Assembly: GCA_965644295.1 (NCBI GenBank)
Contig: CBFFRP010000133.1
Location: 1-64,000, forward strand
Direction: 5' to 3'
Length of the DNA stretch: 64,000 bases
From: Paraphysomonas bandaiensis
Lineage: Eukaryota; Protista; Chrysophyceae
A model generated the notes under the pieces. That model ran no database searches, was not told the DNA's origin, and saw nothing but the letters and a program-made list of their open reading frames with translations. Each line of letters starts with the position of its first letter. The first letter of the stretch is position 1. Of the stretch, positions 50,563-63,540 are shown in pieces. A program made the translations under genes and the position numbers.

Positions 50563-51572
50563 ATGCCAAGTATCCAACTGATAGCATCATACAGTATACT
50601 ACTATTATTATATGGCCCTATCTATCTACTACATGCATTTACTCCAGCATCTATTAGAAGTTACCATACACTTGCTTTACCTGCCAGACGATTACAACCA
50701 CAATTAAGATATATTAAGTACTTCGACCCTCCTCCACCCCCAAAAAAACGGGAATATTCATTTACTCGTGATGAATTGGCTCCGCTATCAATCACTATAC
50801 CACAACCTGATAAGCTTAATTTAAGTGGTTATAGACAATTTTTAGCTGATATTTATCATACAATGCAAGGATTTGAAGATGCTATTAAGAGTAATCAAAA
50901 GCTTCAGTTTATGTCAATGATCCACTTGAAACACTGGAAAGGCCTTATATTGAGAGATGTTCTGAACCACTGTACAATAGACGGTCAACCACGTACAGCT
51001 CCTCTTAAAGCTGGCCCTGTGGCGAAAGAGTATAGAGAATACATACACAGTCTTACAAAGCAAAAGGATATGTTGAAATCTACATGCCATGTGTACAATT
51101 TCATATCTTTTCTGGTAAGGATTAATGTCTCATTCGTATTGTATATTGTACAAATCTGCAGCTTAAGGATTCCCTTTTCACGAATACTTTTAGGAAAGAT
51201 TTAAACCGGTTGGGGATGCCATTGCCGCACGTTCCAAAATGCCACTACGTATGTACGAGGTATATATACGTTGTGACAATCGAATTTTGTAGTATTGAAA
51301 TCATTACCTTCTCGTTGCAATTCGTATTTTTCCTATTCAAATGTTTTACGCATTTCATAAATGTTCTAATGTATGTATTCTTCGTATTGGAATAGGATGA
51401 CAACATTGTTAAGTGGTATTTACAACTACTCTACGATGCCATTGACGCGAAATCCTCAGAGAACAACATTAGATGGACTCCAGAAATGAAGCAGGAATGT
51501 CTTCGAGAGAGTGAAAAGTGTGGTGAATATCTTAACAAACTGCTGTCTTACCTGAAGGATTCACCTGAATGA
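50563..51572 (+). CDS. Divergent heme oxygenase (HO1/HY1)-like protein with signal peptide plus transit-like leader; 3 exons
   Basis: GYRQFLAD, Y.EYI..L, CHVYN and WTPEMKQECLRESEK resemble plant/algal HO1; introns 51115-51161 and 51249-51396; hydrophobic leader ends in HA-F. Confidence 0.7.
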
Positions 51573-51973
51573 ATGCGTATGTTGGGCTGTAGCTATCACA
51601 TAATTCGTGATATTTAGGGATTCTATTGCGGAGTCACCGTACAATCAGCTGGATGCGAACACTTCATGACACTATAGGGTAGAATTTCACGTTGTATGAC
51701 TGTATTTACACTTCTTAGTGAAGCGACTGACTACATAGTGCTAGTTTTTGTAGTGGTTAAATTAAACGAAATAATATATACAATCTTCGTTGCCTTAAAT
51801 TTTATTATACACATTACTTTGATGCAATGGACTTCGTTATGAACTGCAAGCTAAAAATTACGGCAGTGAGTACTACTTAAACCGAAAAGCGTTGTCAATA
51901 CTTAACAAGGAGTAATCAAACACCAATAATCGCATAAAAACGATACAATACGATAGAACTATATATTGAAGTC

Positions 51974-52840
51974 TTATGTCTGCATGGACTTGCGACGTCT
52001 TTCCAATGCTTTCATTCTTGACTGGTTAATTTTGATTTGTTGTTCAGGTGTCAAGTATTCGTTCTTCATGGTAGTAACATTTTCTGAAGGCATATTAAGG
52101 TTAGAATACGTTTCAGATATACACGGGGGACAACGGAAAGAGGTGTTTTGTGAAGTCGACAACTGGGATCTAACATAAGGTGAGTGCAGTAATTGTGAGT
52201 TATGAGTAACGGTTGAGCTGATATCAGGGCAATATACTTGGGATCGCTTTGGAGTCTTGAGATGCATGTTACAATTCAAATAGTTTTGTTTGTGAATTTG
52301 AGTATTATCTACATTTTGATGCACAAAGTTATCCGTGGTATGATTATCCATGTACATTATATTTCGAGCCTGTCGACGCTGCTGAAGTCTCTCCAATGCA
52401 GCTTTTCTATTTCTTTCTGACCGTTCCATTGCCGCTTTACTCAGTTTACGCTGCTGTAGTCTGCATAACGCCCGAAGGCGGTTCAATTCAATTTGTTTCA
52501 AATCTTCTGAAGTAAGTTCTACACAATTTGATTTTTGTGCAGTGATATGCAGACTGTTATTATCATTTGAATGTGATTTGTAGTTTGCTATTAAAGTATT
52601 TGGAGTGTTATACTCAAAATCACATTTATTATTTTGATTTGAATGTAATGGCATACATTCATCATTTTTATTGTCACTCAGATCTGAGTCTGATTGACTG
52701 GAATTCAGACGCTTCAAATGACGGCGTGTGAGACTCTTATTAGCGTTTATTTTATGACGATATGAGGAGTAATTGAGATGAGTGTTATATGGTTTACCAC
52801 TACGTGTTTTACTGTGTTGTGTAAAGCTTAATGATTTCAT
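51974..52840 (-). CDS. Disordered protein with three XPA/SMARCAL1/TIPIN-type RPA32-binding-like motifs
   Basis: LTSEDLKQIELNRLRALCRL, LSKAAMERSERNRKAALERL and LTPEQQIKINQSRMKALERR. Confidence 0.7.
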   Translation of the reverse strand: MKSLSFTQHSKTRSGKPYNTHLNYSSYRHKINANKSLTRRHLKRLNSSQSDSDLSDNKNDECMPLHSNQNNKCDFEYNTPNTLIANYKSHSNDNNSLHITAQKSNCVELTSEDLKQIELNRLRALCRLQQRKLSKAAMERSERNRKAALERLQQRRQARNIMYMDNHTTDNFVHQNVDNTQIHKQNYLNCNMHLKTPKRSQVYCPDISSTVTHNSQLLHSPYVRSQLSTSQNTSFRCPPCISETYSNLNMPSENVTTMKNEYLTPEQQIKINQSRMKALERRRKSMQT

Positions 52841-54258
52841 TATACATAGGAGTGATTCTGTGTATGTGGATTAAGGGGTCATGTGTTGGTGTCTTAAATA
52901 GTTAGGTGATCGTATATACATAGCTGTCTATATAGAAGCACATACTGGTATATATATACATACACACATGTACACATCCCTTACTTACATATACATACTT
53001 ATATACTCTACATAGACATACATATACGTATGTTCATAATCTTCTTAATGAAGTGTGTGAAGTGAATCTCACACTTCGACTTCACACTTCAGTTACGTAT
53101 CTTCGGAGGACATATAGAATAAATGCACTGAAAGAAGAGCAAAGGAACTTAAATGGCCCTCATGTTACTGCCTCTTGTCTCGTATTAATACGAATGGAAG
53201 TGTATATATAAGAAAATTACAGTGCTGCATGTGTTCATTTATTGTCCACATAGCAGCTCAGTTGGATATTATGATTTTTCGCAATGAATATGCAAAAATA
53301 CAGATTTTTATATTCAGATAGTATTTATACCATTTTAAACCACTACAATCTCAAGAAAACCACAGTTTTCACTCAATCAAACCTAATTATTGCTTATATA
53401 GCTAGGTAGATTTAACACATCAGCAGGCAGATGGATATGAGTTGGAAGAAACAGAAGATGTGGTGATTATTACAGCAGTGATATCACTATTCTATGCCAT
53501 GTCTCCTAATCCTCATCTAAACCCAATGATTGTGTACTACAGTCACTCTTAATAGTGATAATATCCTGTATATATACGTCTGCTGTGTAGGAGTGCATAT
53601 GAATATATTCAGTAACTGGTTATGGATATGATCTCTACATATGAATTACTAGAAGGAATAAGTGCATAGTCGAATCATCTAACCCTCTGTACTTGATCTG
53701 ACCTCTGATACAGAGGGGTCATAACGACCAGTATGGTTATTATAGTAGCTGTCTTGTATGTGTTATTTGGAAGACAAGTGCTGTTGTTCTGTCATTAGAT
53801 TGTAGAGATTGATTTGTTAATATGATAATGTATATTGTATATATGCATGGTAGTTAAATTACTATACAATAGTCAGAGAATCATTCTACGGGCGTTCCTT
53901 AGCGTAGTAATTGACACGATCTAAATTAAGGACTGTATACGAAACTACATGAAAAGGTATACTATGATATAGAGGCCCTGTAACACTGTTTTACACTGTT
54001 GATATAGATTTGATACTTAAGTAAAATGTAACTACTGTTATGGGATGTGCACAAACACGCATTGTCAGATATCGTTCTACGTTCGATTTCAAAAACGGTG
54101 TTTGTCTCAATTTCACAAGTTGCATTATCTACAGTTCTATTTATAGTGCTGTGTATGAATCTGTGATACGTAGAGGTACTAAAATAGTCATCTCTTGTTC
54201 TTCGCTCTCGTTGCCCATACAGAAATACTATTTCGAATTAGTATCAATCATGCTTACA

Positions 54259-55306
54259 TTACATTCGCTTTGACTCTCTATAATCATCAAATAAAGAACA
54301 ACCACTAGCTACAGCAAGCACACTTAAAATTGAAGTTAAAATCACAAAGACAGTTTCGGAAAAATCAAATTCTTGATTTTTCCATACTAATATGACATTT
54401 ATCGTACAAACCATTCCCAACATTGTATAAAATATAATTCGATCTCTCGGTAACGGGGCAGTATTTCTAGACTTTTGGGACGGGTAAGCTAGGTATATGA
54501 CAATATATAAAATCAACACTACTAGAAGCATAACTGGTACAGATGCAGCAAGAGGAGTGACCATTCTATAATGCAAAAGAAGTACAGGGAGTGTTCCTAT
54601 ACAACCCATGCATATATTCAAAGATACACAAAGCCCTGTATAACATATGTCTGTAATTCCTTTCACAATATAATTTGTACTGCTAGAAAGCAGAGAATAA
54701 CATACACTTCTACTCAGGTGTTTGGCAGGGCCATGTGATAAGGCAAGACTGAAGTTGAAGAGAATCAAAAGCGCCGGTGTATCCATAAAAATTCTTTGGT
54801 AAAACTCCTCCACTTCATCGCCTTAGAGTTATTGTTACATAAGATACGAATAGAGTAATAAGGAACACTTACTATACACAAACCACTGCAATTTCAACCC
54901 AATGATATAGTATCCAAGACCACCCAGAACGTATAAGTAAGCAGGCATGAATGAAACCACAGACACATTGAACTTGTCATTAGCCCCTGCTATTAATGAA
55001 ATATATAGCCCTGATATCCATATGAGCTCTATCACACGACACTCATATCCACTTACACACAACATGGACCCAAACACGACCTAAAGAGAAGCATTCCGTA
55101 ATCATAAGAATACCATTCAAATCACAACGACTTGTTGATATGATGCTTTCTGTTACAAGTACTATACATATGCAAACTAACAGAGTGAAGGCTCCCTGAG
55201 CTCTATATACAACCGCATGGACCATGCACATGATAAAACATATACAAGACATGAGGTCCATAGTGGATAGTTGGGCATTCGGGGGCTCGTTATTAATTAC
55301 GTCCAT
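54259..55306 (-). CDS. Uncharacterised polytopic membrane protein; 3 exons
   Basis: Three hydrophobic ORFs join in frame through GT-AG introns at about 55029-55080 and 54822-54872. Confidence 0.65.
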
Positions 55307-55354
55307 GGAGTCTTAATGAGGCTGAAAGAGTAAGATACATCAGAACAGAAGAGA

Positions 55355-55360
<6 letters not shown>

Positions 55361-55389
<29 letters not shown>

Positions 55390-55819
55390 TGTATGTATGT
55401 ATGTATGTATGTATGTATGTATGTATGTATGTATGTATGTATGTATGTATGTATGTATGTATGTATGTATGTATGTATGTATGTATGTATGTATGTATGT
55501 ATGTATGTATGTATGTATGTATGTATGTATGTATGTATGTATGTATGTATGTATGTATGTATGTATGTATGTATGTATGTATGTATGTATGTATGTATGT
55601 ATGTATGTATGTATGTATGTATGTATGTATGTATGTATGTATGTATGTATGTATGTATGTATGTATGTATGTATGTATGTATGTATGTATGTATGTATGT
55701 ATGTATGTATGTATGTATGTATGTATGTATGTATGTATGTATGTATGTATGTATGTATGTATGTATGTATGTATGTATGTATGTATGTATGTATGTATGT
55801 ATGTATATATGTATGTATG

Positions 55820-55853
<34 letters not shown>

Positions 55854-56185
55854 TGTATGTATGTATGTATGTATGTATGTATGTATGTATGTATGTATGT
55901 ATGTATGTATGTATGTATGTATGTATGTATGTATGTATGTATGTATGTATGTATGTATGTATGTATGTATGTATGTATGTAGGTATGTATGTATGTATGT
56001 ATGTATGTAGGTATGTATGTATGTAGGTATGTATGTATGTATGTATGTATGTATGTATGTATGTATGTATGTATGTATGTATGTATGTATGTATGTATGT
56101 ATGTATGTAGGTATGTAGGTATGTATGTATGTATGTATGTATGTATGTATGTATGTATGTATGTATGTATGTATGTATGTATATA
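55361..56185. repeat. (TATG)n microsatellite between divergent genes
   Basis: Direct reading of the sequence. Confidence 0.99.
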
Positions 56186-56311
56186 CGTATGTATGTGTGG
56201 GGGGGTGTGTGTATGTGGTGTGTGTTCTGGAATATGAATTAGCGGTAATAGAATGGTCTCTTAATCCAGCCATAGACATCCACTGAGAGGTTGTTATACA
56301 TACTACCAACA

Positions 56312-57600
56312 ATGTTCTCATTATCCCGCCGAGCAGTAGTAGAGAGTGCATGCATGCTATACACCTATCGAGGTCTACAGCATCTGCAACCTAAAAAACA
56401 TAAAGCTGGTTTCATAATTGAAAATTACATTTATAAGAAGCGTTTATTTCACGCTACTGCAGTCTCAATGAAAGAAGATTACTATCAGACATTAGGCGTA
56501 TCAAGATCAGCAACAAAAAATGAAATTAAGAAAAAATATTTTGAATTAGCTAAAAAATATCATCCGGATGTTAATAAGGAGAAAGGAGCACAAGATAAAT
56601 TCAGAGAAATTACTGAAGCTCATGAAGTTTTAGCAGATGAAGAAAAAAGGAAATTATATGATGCATATGGTCATGCAGGTGTTGATCAAAGTGGTGGTGG
56701 TGCTGGTGGATTTGATGGGTTTCAAGGCTTTCATGGGTTTCAAGGATTTCAGGGATTTCATGGTGCTCAACAAGTGGATCCCGAAGATGTGGCAGATTTG
56801 TTTGAAGGCCTTTTCGGTGGAGGGGGAGCACGGGGACGTGGTAGGGATGCTCAACAGATGCTCTCTCTGTCGTTTTTCGAGGCTGTCAATGGATGTACGA
56901 AGGAGGTCAACGTTCAATACACTGACCGCAGTAAGCCTGGAAAAACTTTTACGAAGAAAGTTAAAGTTACTGTTCCGGCTGGAGTTGACGATGGCGTTGT
57001 CATGAAAGTTCAAAACGAAGGTGGACTGGGACTTCCTGGTAAAGGAAATGGAGATCTGAGACTCCAAATCAGAGTCGTGAAAGACCCCTATTTCGTCAGA
57101 GATGGACCCAATGTGCATGTTGAGCAACCATTATCTATCACTCAGGTATAGGATTCGTATCAAAGTTTAACGTTTGTCATTATGATTTGATGTTGAGTAC
57201 AGGCTATTCTGGGTTGCACGGTTGACGTGTTAACTTTAGGGGGCATGGTAGAAGTTAAGGTGCCTGCAGGCACACAACCTGATGCAAAGCTTATCCTCAG
57301 AGGGAAGGGCATCAAGGATCTCAACTCTATACACAGGTAGGTTCCTACGTATTGTTTCTGGATAACAACTGATTACGTATGTTGGATAATCGTAGAGGTG
57401 ATCAATACATCCACCTGAAAATACGCATTCCGAAGAAAGTTACAGACAAGCAGAAGGAGCTCCTGAAGCAATTCGAAGAAGAGGGGGGTCACACAACCTC
57501 TCACACAGAGAAAGATACTTTCTCTCTGGAAAGCGCCTGGAAGCGCCTCAAAGAATTTTTGGGAACTGAGGGTAAAAGTGATAAAACAAGCACGAAATAA
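56312..57600 (+). CDS. Mitochondrial-type DnaJ/Hsp40 co-chaperone lacking the zinc finger; 3 exons
   Basis: Basic presequence ending in RLFHATA; J domain with HPD; G/F region; C-terminal domain; introns 57146-57202 and 57337-57395. Confidence 0.9.
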
Positions 57601-58310
57601 TTTGATTAATTGAATAGTCATGGTATAATGGCAGCCAGGGGGTATTAGGAATAGAATGGTTAGTCTGGTTTCCTCACTTGCTTGCTGATGCACCTAAGCT
57701 CGTAGTAAAATTAAATTCCTTCTATTTTGCTGATGTAAACGGTGGTGCTAATGATATTACGATTGAAACCATATGAAATCTAGCTAATAACTAAGCCCTA
57801 TCATTTTAGTATATATAAAAGTAATTATGAAACTAAAAATATACGGTCGAAGTAATACATAATATAGTATAGTGTATAGTACAAGTATCACGCGCAGTAG
57901 GTAGACCTGCTACCCCGCCCAAATGCATGTTGTTAATCCTAAATTCACATTTCCTCTTATATCCTATATCGTCGTCGTTGCTTGAGTTTTATGTATTATA
58001 TATTGGCAATAGCATCGACAATCTACTCAGTGACATTTTCCCCTTGTAGCTATCTCAGTAAATATTGAACTCTAGTTTTATTGCCAAGTTGGTGATGCCT
58101 TTCGGAATGTACGAAGTCTTTATAACAGCAAAACACATTACACTACACCACTACGACACAAACATATTGGAATTTCAATGTAATTTCATAAAACAACAAA
58201 ACACTACAACAACTACTACCAAACACATTTAGAAAACCATGCACATAGAAACACAGTACATATAATTTGTAGCATATTTCTTTTGAAAGAAGAAAACACC
58301 CACCGCTATA

Positions 58311-61300
58311 TCAAATTTTCAAAACATCTTCTGACTCTTTCGTCTTACCACCCTTTAGGAGTGCATCACTGAATCTCAGTGCCACATCTCGTATATCATC
58401 ACAACTGTGAGTACTTGGATTTCGCTTCATCCACTCGTACACACGACTATATGCTTGCTCTGCACCTTTAAAGTCACCTGTGGTCAAGTCAGAACAAAAG
58501 AGAAAATTGTAGCAACTGTCTTTGACCTCTGCGTTCACAAACTGTCGCTAATCCATGAACAGATAATATTGTGTCTTCATGATTAATCCCGAGCACTGCC
58601 TCCCGCCCCTAAATACAGCAGCAACATTAACAACAACCTTACAAATGTCACGACATATGAGTCCTGCCTTTAGTGCGGTTTTGTACATGTCTTGGGCCTC
58701 GTACAGTTTTATTTCACGTCTGAGTATGTCACCCAGGGAATGTACAGCTGTAAGGGTGCTTGGGTGTCGTTTTCCGACTGTGCGTTCCCGTAACTTGACC
58801 ACCATAAGACAATGTTACAAAAAATCGGACAACTGAAATATAAATATTCTACCTTAATCTCTCTTCGACACACTTCTTCCGCTTCTACAAGTTTGTCTTG
58901 TGACCAGTACATGTCCCTTAGAGAGGTCAATACCTCAGCAACTTCACAGTGACGTTTATCTTGCTCTAGTCTCAATCTATCCAAGAGGGTGCGATAGGCC
59001 TGTTCCGATTCGTCGTACTTACCAATTTCACACTGCACTTTTCCTAGTATCACCAGACAAAAATCACGGAATAATTATATTCAAGCTAATGGAGGATGTA
59101 CCTAGTTTTTTCAGCGCAGCAAGAGTTAACGGGTGGTTGTCGCCCAATGTGCGCTCTCTGCCTCTCAACTCTCGTGCATAAATGTCTGCGGCTTCTAGCC
59201 GCTTCGACTGCAATTCTAATACCTCTCCCAAGGATCTCAGAGCAGCGTTAATTTCATTATGAAAACAGTGGTATTGCCTTTCCTTGGCTATATCACATCA
59301 GCATTCATAAGCAACGTAGCTATTATTCTATTTTCACTTGCCTGCAAGCGCTTTCCGGCATAGACATTCGGCTTCATCATATCTCTCCAAGTGAATGCAA
59401 AGTTGAGCAACAGCTTCGATACATCGCTGGGTGGCACTATGTGATTCTCCGAAATGTTTAGAAAATCCGTTTAATGCAATATAATGATGTCTTTCTGCAT
59501 CTATAATTGCAACCATGGGATTTACGACAACATGATGAAAGCAGCAATAATATTACCTGAATACTGACGCAAGTGGCAGTATATCTCCGCCAGTCGGAAG
59601 TGTATTGAAAGCATCAGCTCGCTGCACCCCTCTATAGATGGCAGTAACAATACGATATAAAACCAAATAGCAGATGCAATATGATATCTTTTGTCTAGGA
59701 TTCGAATAGTACTTACCTCCTTCAAGCCGTTCACACACACGAAGGCCCTCAGTATATAACTCCAACGCATCTAGCAGCGCCTCATCTTCCCACTCCATTT
59801 CCCGCACAGGTGATAGAGAACGTAGCGAGAGGTACTTTTGGCGCTGTACGTCAGCTACGGCACAGGCCGCCTGTACGAAATGGATCGAATTTCCCTTTTC
59901 TTTGTTTATAGCGTACACTTTCTCCGCAGCGTCCTGCACAGCAATCTAAGAATGATATCGTGCTACACAAAACAACTCTCTAATGTCTACCTCTGCTTGT
60001 TGATACAGTTGTCTTCTGACGTAAAGGGATCGAAGAGCCACCAACACAAGTATACGAAATGGGTGATTCATGCCAAGCAAACTTTCCGCATCTCTTAAGC
60101 ATTGTACGAGAACGATCTAGAAAAATTATGATATATATCCGTGTAAGCACAAAGAGAAGGATATGTCAGACAAAATACCTCGGATTCCTCCAGTCGATCG
60201 TACTCCATTAACATATGACCCAAAAGTTTGCAGGACTCAAGGGTGGCCATCTCATCTGCACCTCCGTCACCATACTGCACAACCTTATAGGCGTACCCCA
60301 ACAACCACCCCACTAAAAATCTACTAAGATCTGACGAAATAGCATGAATGGCTTGCATGTAGGCTGAGTGTTGTGAATTAAGTGCAACAACGGGAACCTC
60401 CTGGGATTTCGTCCGAACGATGTATCTATTTGGACCAGAATTCTGCCCAATATATTGTTTCTGAAGCGTTCTTTCGCCGACATTCACCTCTCCGACGTTT
60501 CCATCACGTACATTATTATACAGTTCCCGCCAGTCCTCATACACTTTGGGATCTCTGTCAACTTTTTGTACAGCCATCCACACCGCCTCATCAATAAATT
60601 TCTTATGAGTGGTCTCGTCAATAGACATGTCCACACTCGAACATAGACTAAAGTTAACATGTTCAAAGGGTCGAACTAGTGATCCAAAGTCCTGGAATAG
60701 CAGTTCATGAAACTTCGAAGTAGTGCTTACATTACCACCCACACATATAACAGGTAGGAGTGATACATACAGACAGTTAAGTAAATCCCACATACTTAAC
60801 AAATCTATTAATATAGATGGATCATGAGATGGTGGGGTGATAACCAGTAGAACATGGCCGATATTCAACAGACTATTGCCATATGAGTCACTTAATCGAT
60901 ACGAAGAGAAACTGTCGTCCCATAAACTCAAACTAAACATATCCATCCAGATATACGGCTCTCTTGTAAAGCATTTCCATTTCCTGTTATGACGATCACT
61001 GAAATGATTTTCAATACCTGTTACAACATCTATAAATCTATCCATATGCCCATATATAACATACACATCAGCTCTCCCTATAGATATGCCTGTAGATACA
61101 CCTTCATTTAATAGTTTTTTTTGTTTTTGTTTTTCTTTGTAGTGATTGCAGTATGATGTTTTCAGGTCTTCATCTTGAGTCCATATACGTATATATCGAC
61201 TACAGACATCCTTACACGTGATTTCATAGTCATTTGATATAATGTAATCACGTATACGTAATAGAGTAGAGAGAGATATTCCATTAAGAGGAAGTGGGAG

Positions 61301-61357
61301 TGCTGATGAAGGGTAAATTGATTTCTCATTGTGATGGTATTTAATGGATGATTTCAT
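58311..61357 (-). CDS. TPR-repeat protein (kinesin-light-chain/nephrocystin-3-like repeats) with an N-terminal HET-like alpha/beta domain; about 9 exons, two GC-AG introns
   Basis: ADVYVIYG...PYIWMDMFSL N-terminal domain; repeated RExxLGxxHPxTL TPR units join in frame. Confidence 0.8.
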
Positions 61358-61560
61358 TATCTCTGTTGTGTAATCTAAAGCAGAAAAGGGCAGCTAGTGA
61401 ACCGCATAATCTTCTGACATATGAATATGTATAGTTGTTAACAAGTATGATAATATGGACGTATAGGAGAGCATCCTATCAGACACTTCGAAGTCTCATT
61501 GCTTGTAATAGATATTATAGATATACACACACATATATACAGCAGTATATGAGGCAGAGT

Positions 61561-61846
61561 TATGTATGTATGCATGTATGTATGCATGTATGTATGTATG
61601 TATGTATGTATGTATGTATGTATGTATGTATGTATGTATGTATGTATGTATGTATGTATGTATGTATGTATGTATGTATGTATGTATGTATGTATGTATG
61701 TATGTATGTATGTATGTATGTATGTATGTATGTATGTATGTATGTATGTATGTATGTATGTATGTATGTATGTATGTATGTATGTATGTATGTATGTATG
61801 TATGTATGTATGTAGGTAGGTATGTATGTATGTATGTAGGTATGTA
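61561..61846. repeat. (TATG)n microsatellite between divergent genes
   Basis: Direct reading of the sequence. Confidence 0.98.
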
Positions 61847-62211
61847 GGCCACAGATTCTCATATACAGTATACAGCTGTATACCGGTATACGGAAGTGGA
61901 GGAACAATGTTCACACACAGATATTTTTAACAAATCATAAATTCATCGAGCAATATAAAGCTATTTCATTGGCTGTAAGGAGTTGTATATATAACTTGCA
62001 GTAACATATATATATATATATGCATACATATTAACAAACCATACATATATATACATACACTCACCTACCTCCCAATGATTGTAGTTATTACTGCACCATG
62101 AATGAGGGCTATAGCTCACAATAATTGCATATATATCTCATACTATATATCCCCCTCATAATATCAGTATACATAACAAGCCTCTTCATAGTGAAGTAGT
62201 CAAGTAGCAGC

Positions 62212-63540
62212 ATGTCTATGTATTATCGTCCTTTCAACAATATTCCTCAACTTGCTAATATAATCGGTGGTAAGTTACATTCCAGTGATATTACAATCAA
62301 GTGTTAATACTCTTAATAATAGCCATAATTGGAGGGCTCAGTTGTTTTATCATACTACTGAGTTGCATTCGATACAAACACTTAAACACCATATCAGGGA
62401 AGCTTGTATTTTGGCAAAACTCTTATATCATACTAGAAAGTGTTGGGATACTGTTTTTATCGCCTAATATTTACGAGACGTGCGTTCTACAGGCCTTTTT
62501 AATTGAATTTGCTACAATCGGTTCCATGCTATGGGCATGCATGATTGTGTATGTTCTTCTTCATATCACACAAGGTCGATTCAGTGCACTTGGATCATAT
62601 AAGCCAGAAAACGATATGCCCACTTTTTCAGCTATTTGTTTTATTGGCTCCTTAATTGTTGGAATGGTACCTGTGGCTTCAAGTATGTTATCTTGACGTC
62701 TTTTATGTTTGTAATTTATGTGTTCTGCTAGGGTCTTATGGACTGGTGAATGGAAAGTATTATTGCTATATTCACGACAGAACAACTACTTCTCGTGCCG
62801 TTCTCTCCGCACATTACGGAATCATGTGGAGTCTAATAACATTCATTCTTATAGCCTCCGTACGAGTCTACTACCAAGTAATGCATTGTTCTGTGATTCA
62901 ATTTGTACTTATACATTATGAATTATGCAGCTGAAAAACTTGAATACAACAAGACCGTTTATTACGTCAGAGTCGAAAATGATTCCTAGCACCACCACAG
63001 TGTCACTCATTGGCGACGCAGATTCCGTCAAATTGGTTCGACCTGCAGTTTCTTCGCGCTCATCAAATGCAACTATTAAGGCTGTATATGGAAGACTAAT
63101 ATACTATCCTCTCTTACTACTGGTATTGCCGTGTACATGTAACATTATTGTGTACTTGTCTGCAGCCCTGTTGTGAATGCCGTATACCTTTTCTAGAACT
63201 CATTTTGCAACTGTTTCAGATATGGGAGATACCGATATCTGTGTATCGTATTTGGCTCGCGGCTGAGCATACGAAGCCTCCTCTTGCTCTCTTTGTAGTG
63301 GCGGTGTTTTTAGTGAGATGTCATGTAAGTTACTGTGCTGGTTTTACTATTGAATCAACATATCTTTCCTTGTTACAGGGTATGTACAACCTCTTGGTGT
63401 TTGCAATGCAACCGACAACAAGAAGAGAGTGGCGACGAGATACCCATGCTTTAAGCTCCTATGTGAAGAATTGTTTCGATTGTAAATCATTCCACAACAC
63501 TCAAAACGATGAGCTGGACTGTTCTCAGGTAGATGTATAA
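62212..63540 (+). CDS. cAMP-receptor-like/GCR1-type 7TM receptor; multi-exon, ends uncertain
   Basis: TM1 ...SCFIILL..KLVFW; TM3 CVLQAFLIEF..GSMLW; loop YG...YCYI; RLIYYP; TM7 LQGMYNLLVFA...RREW. Confidence 0.7.

Noticed and set aside
1059-63540. Alternative genetic code or stop-codon readthrough as the cause of fragmented ORFs
   Set aside because: Short spliceosomal introns explain the fragmentation, and TAA, TAG and TGA all terminate well-supported genes
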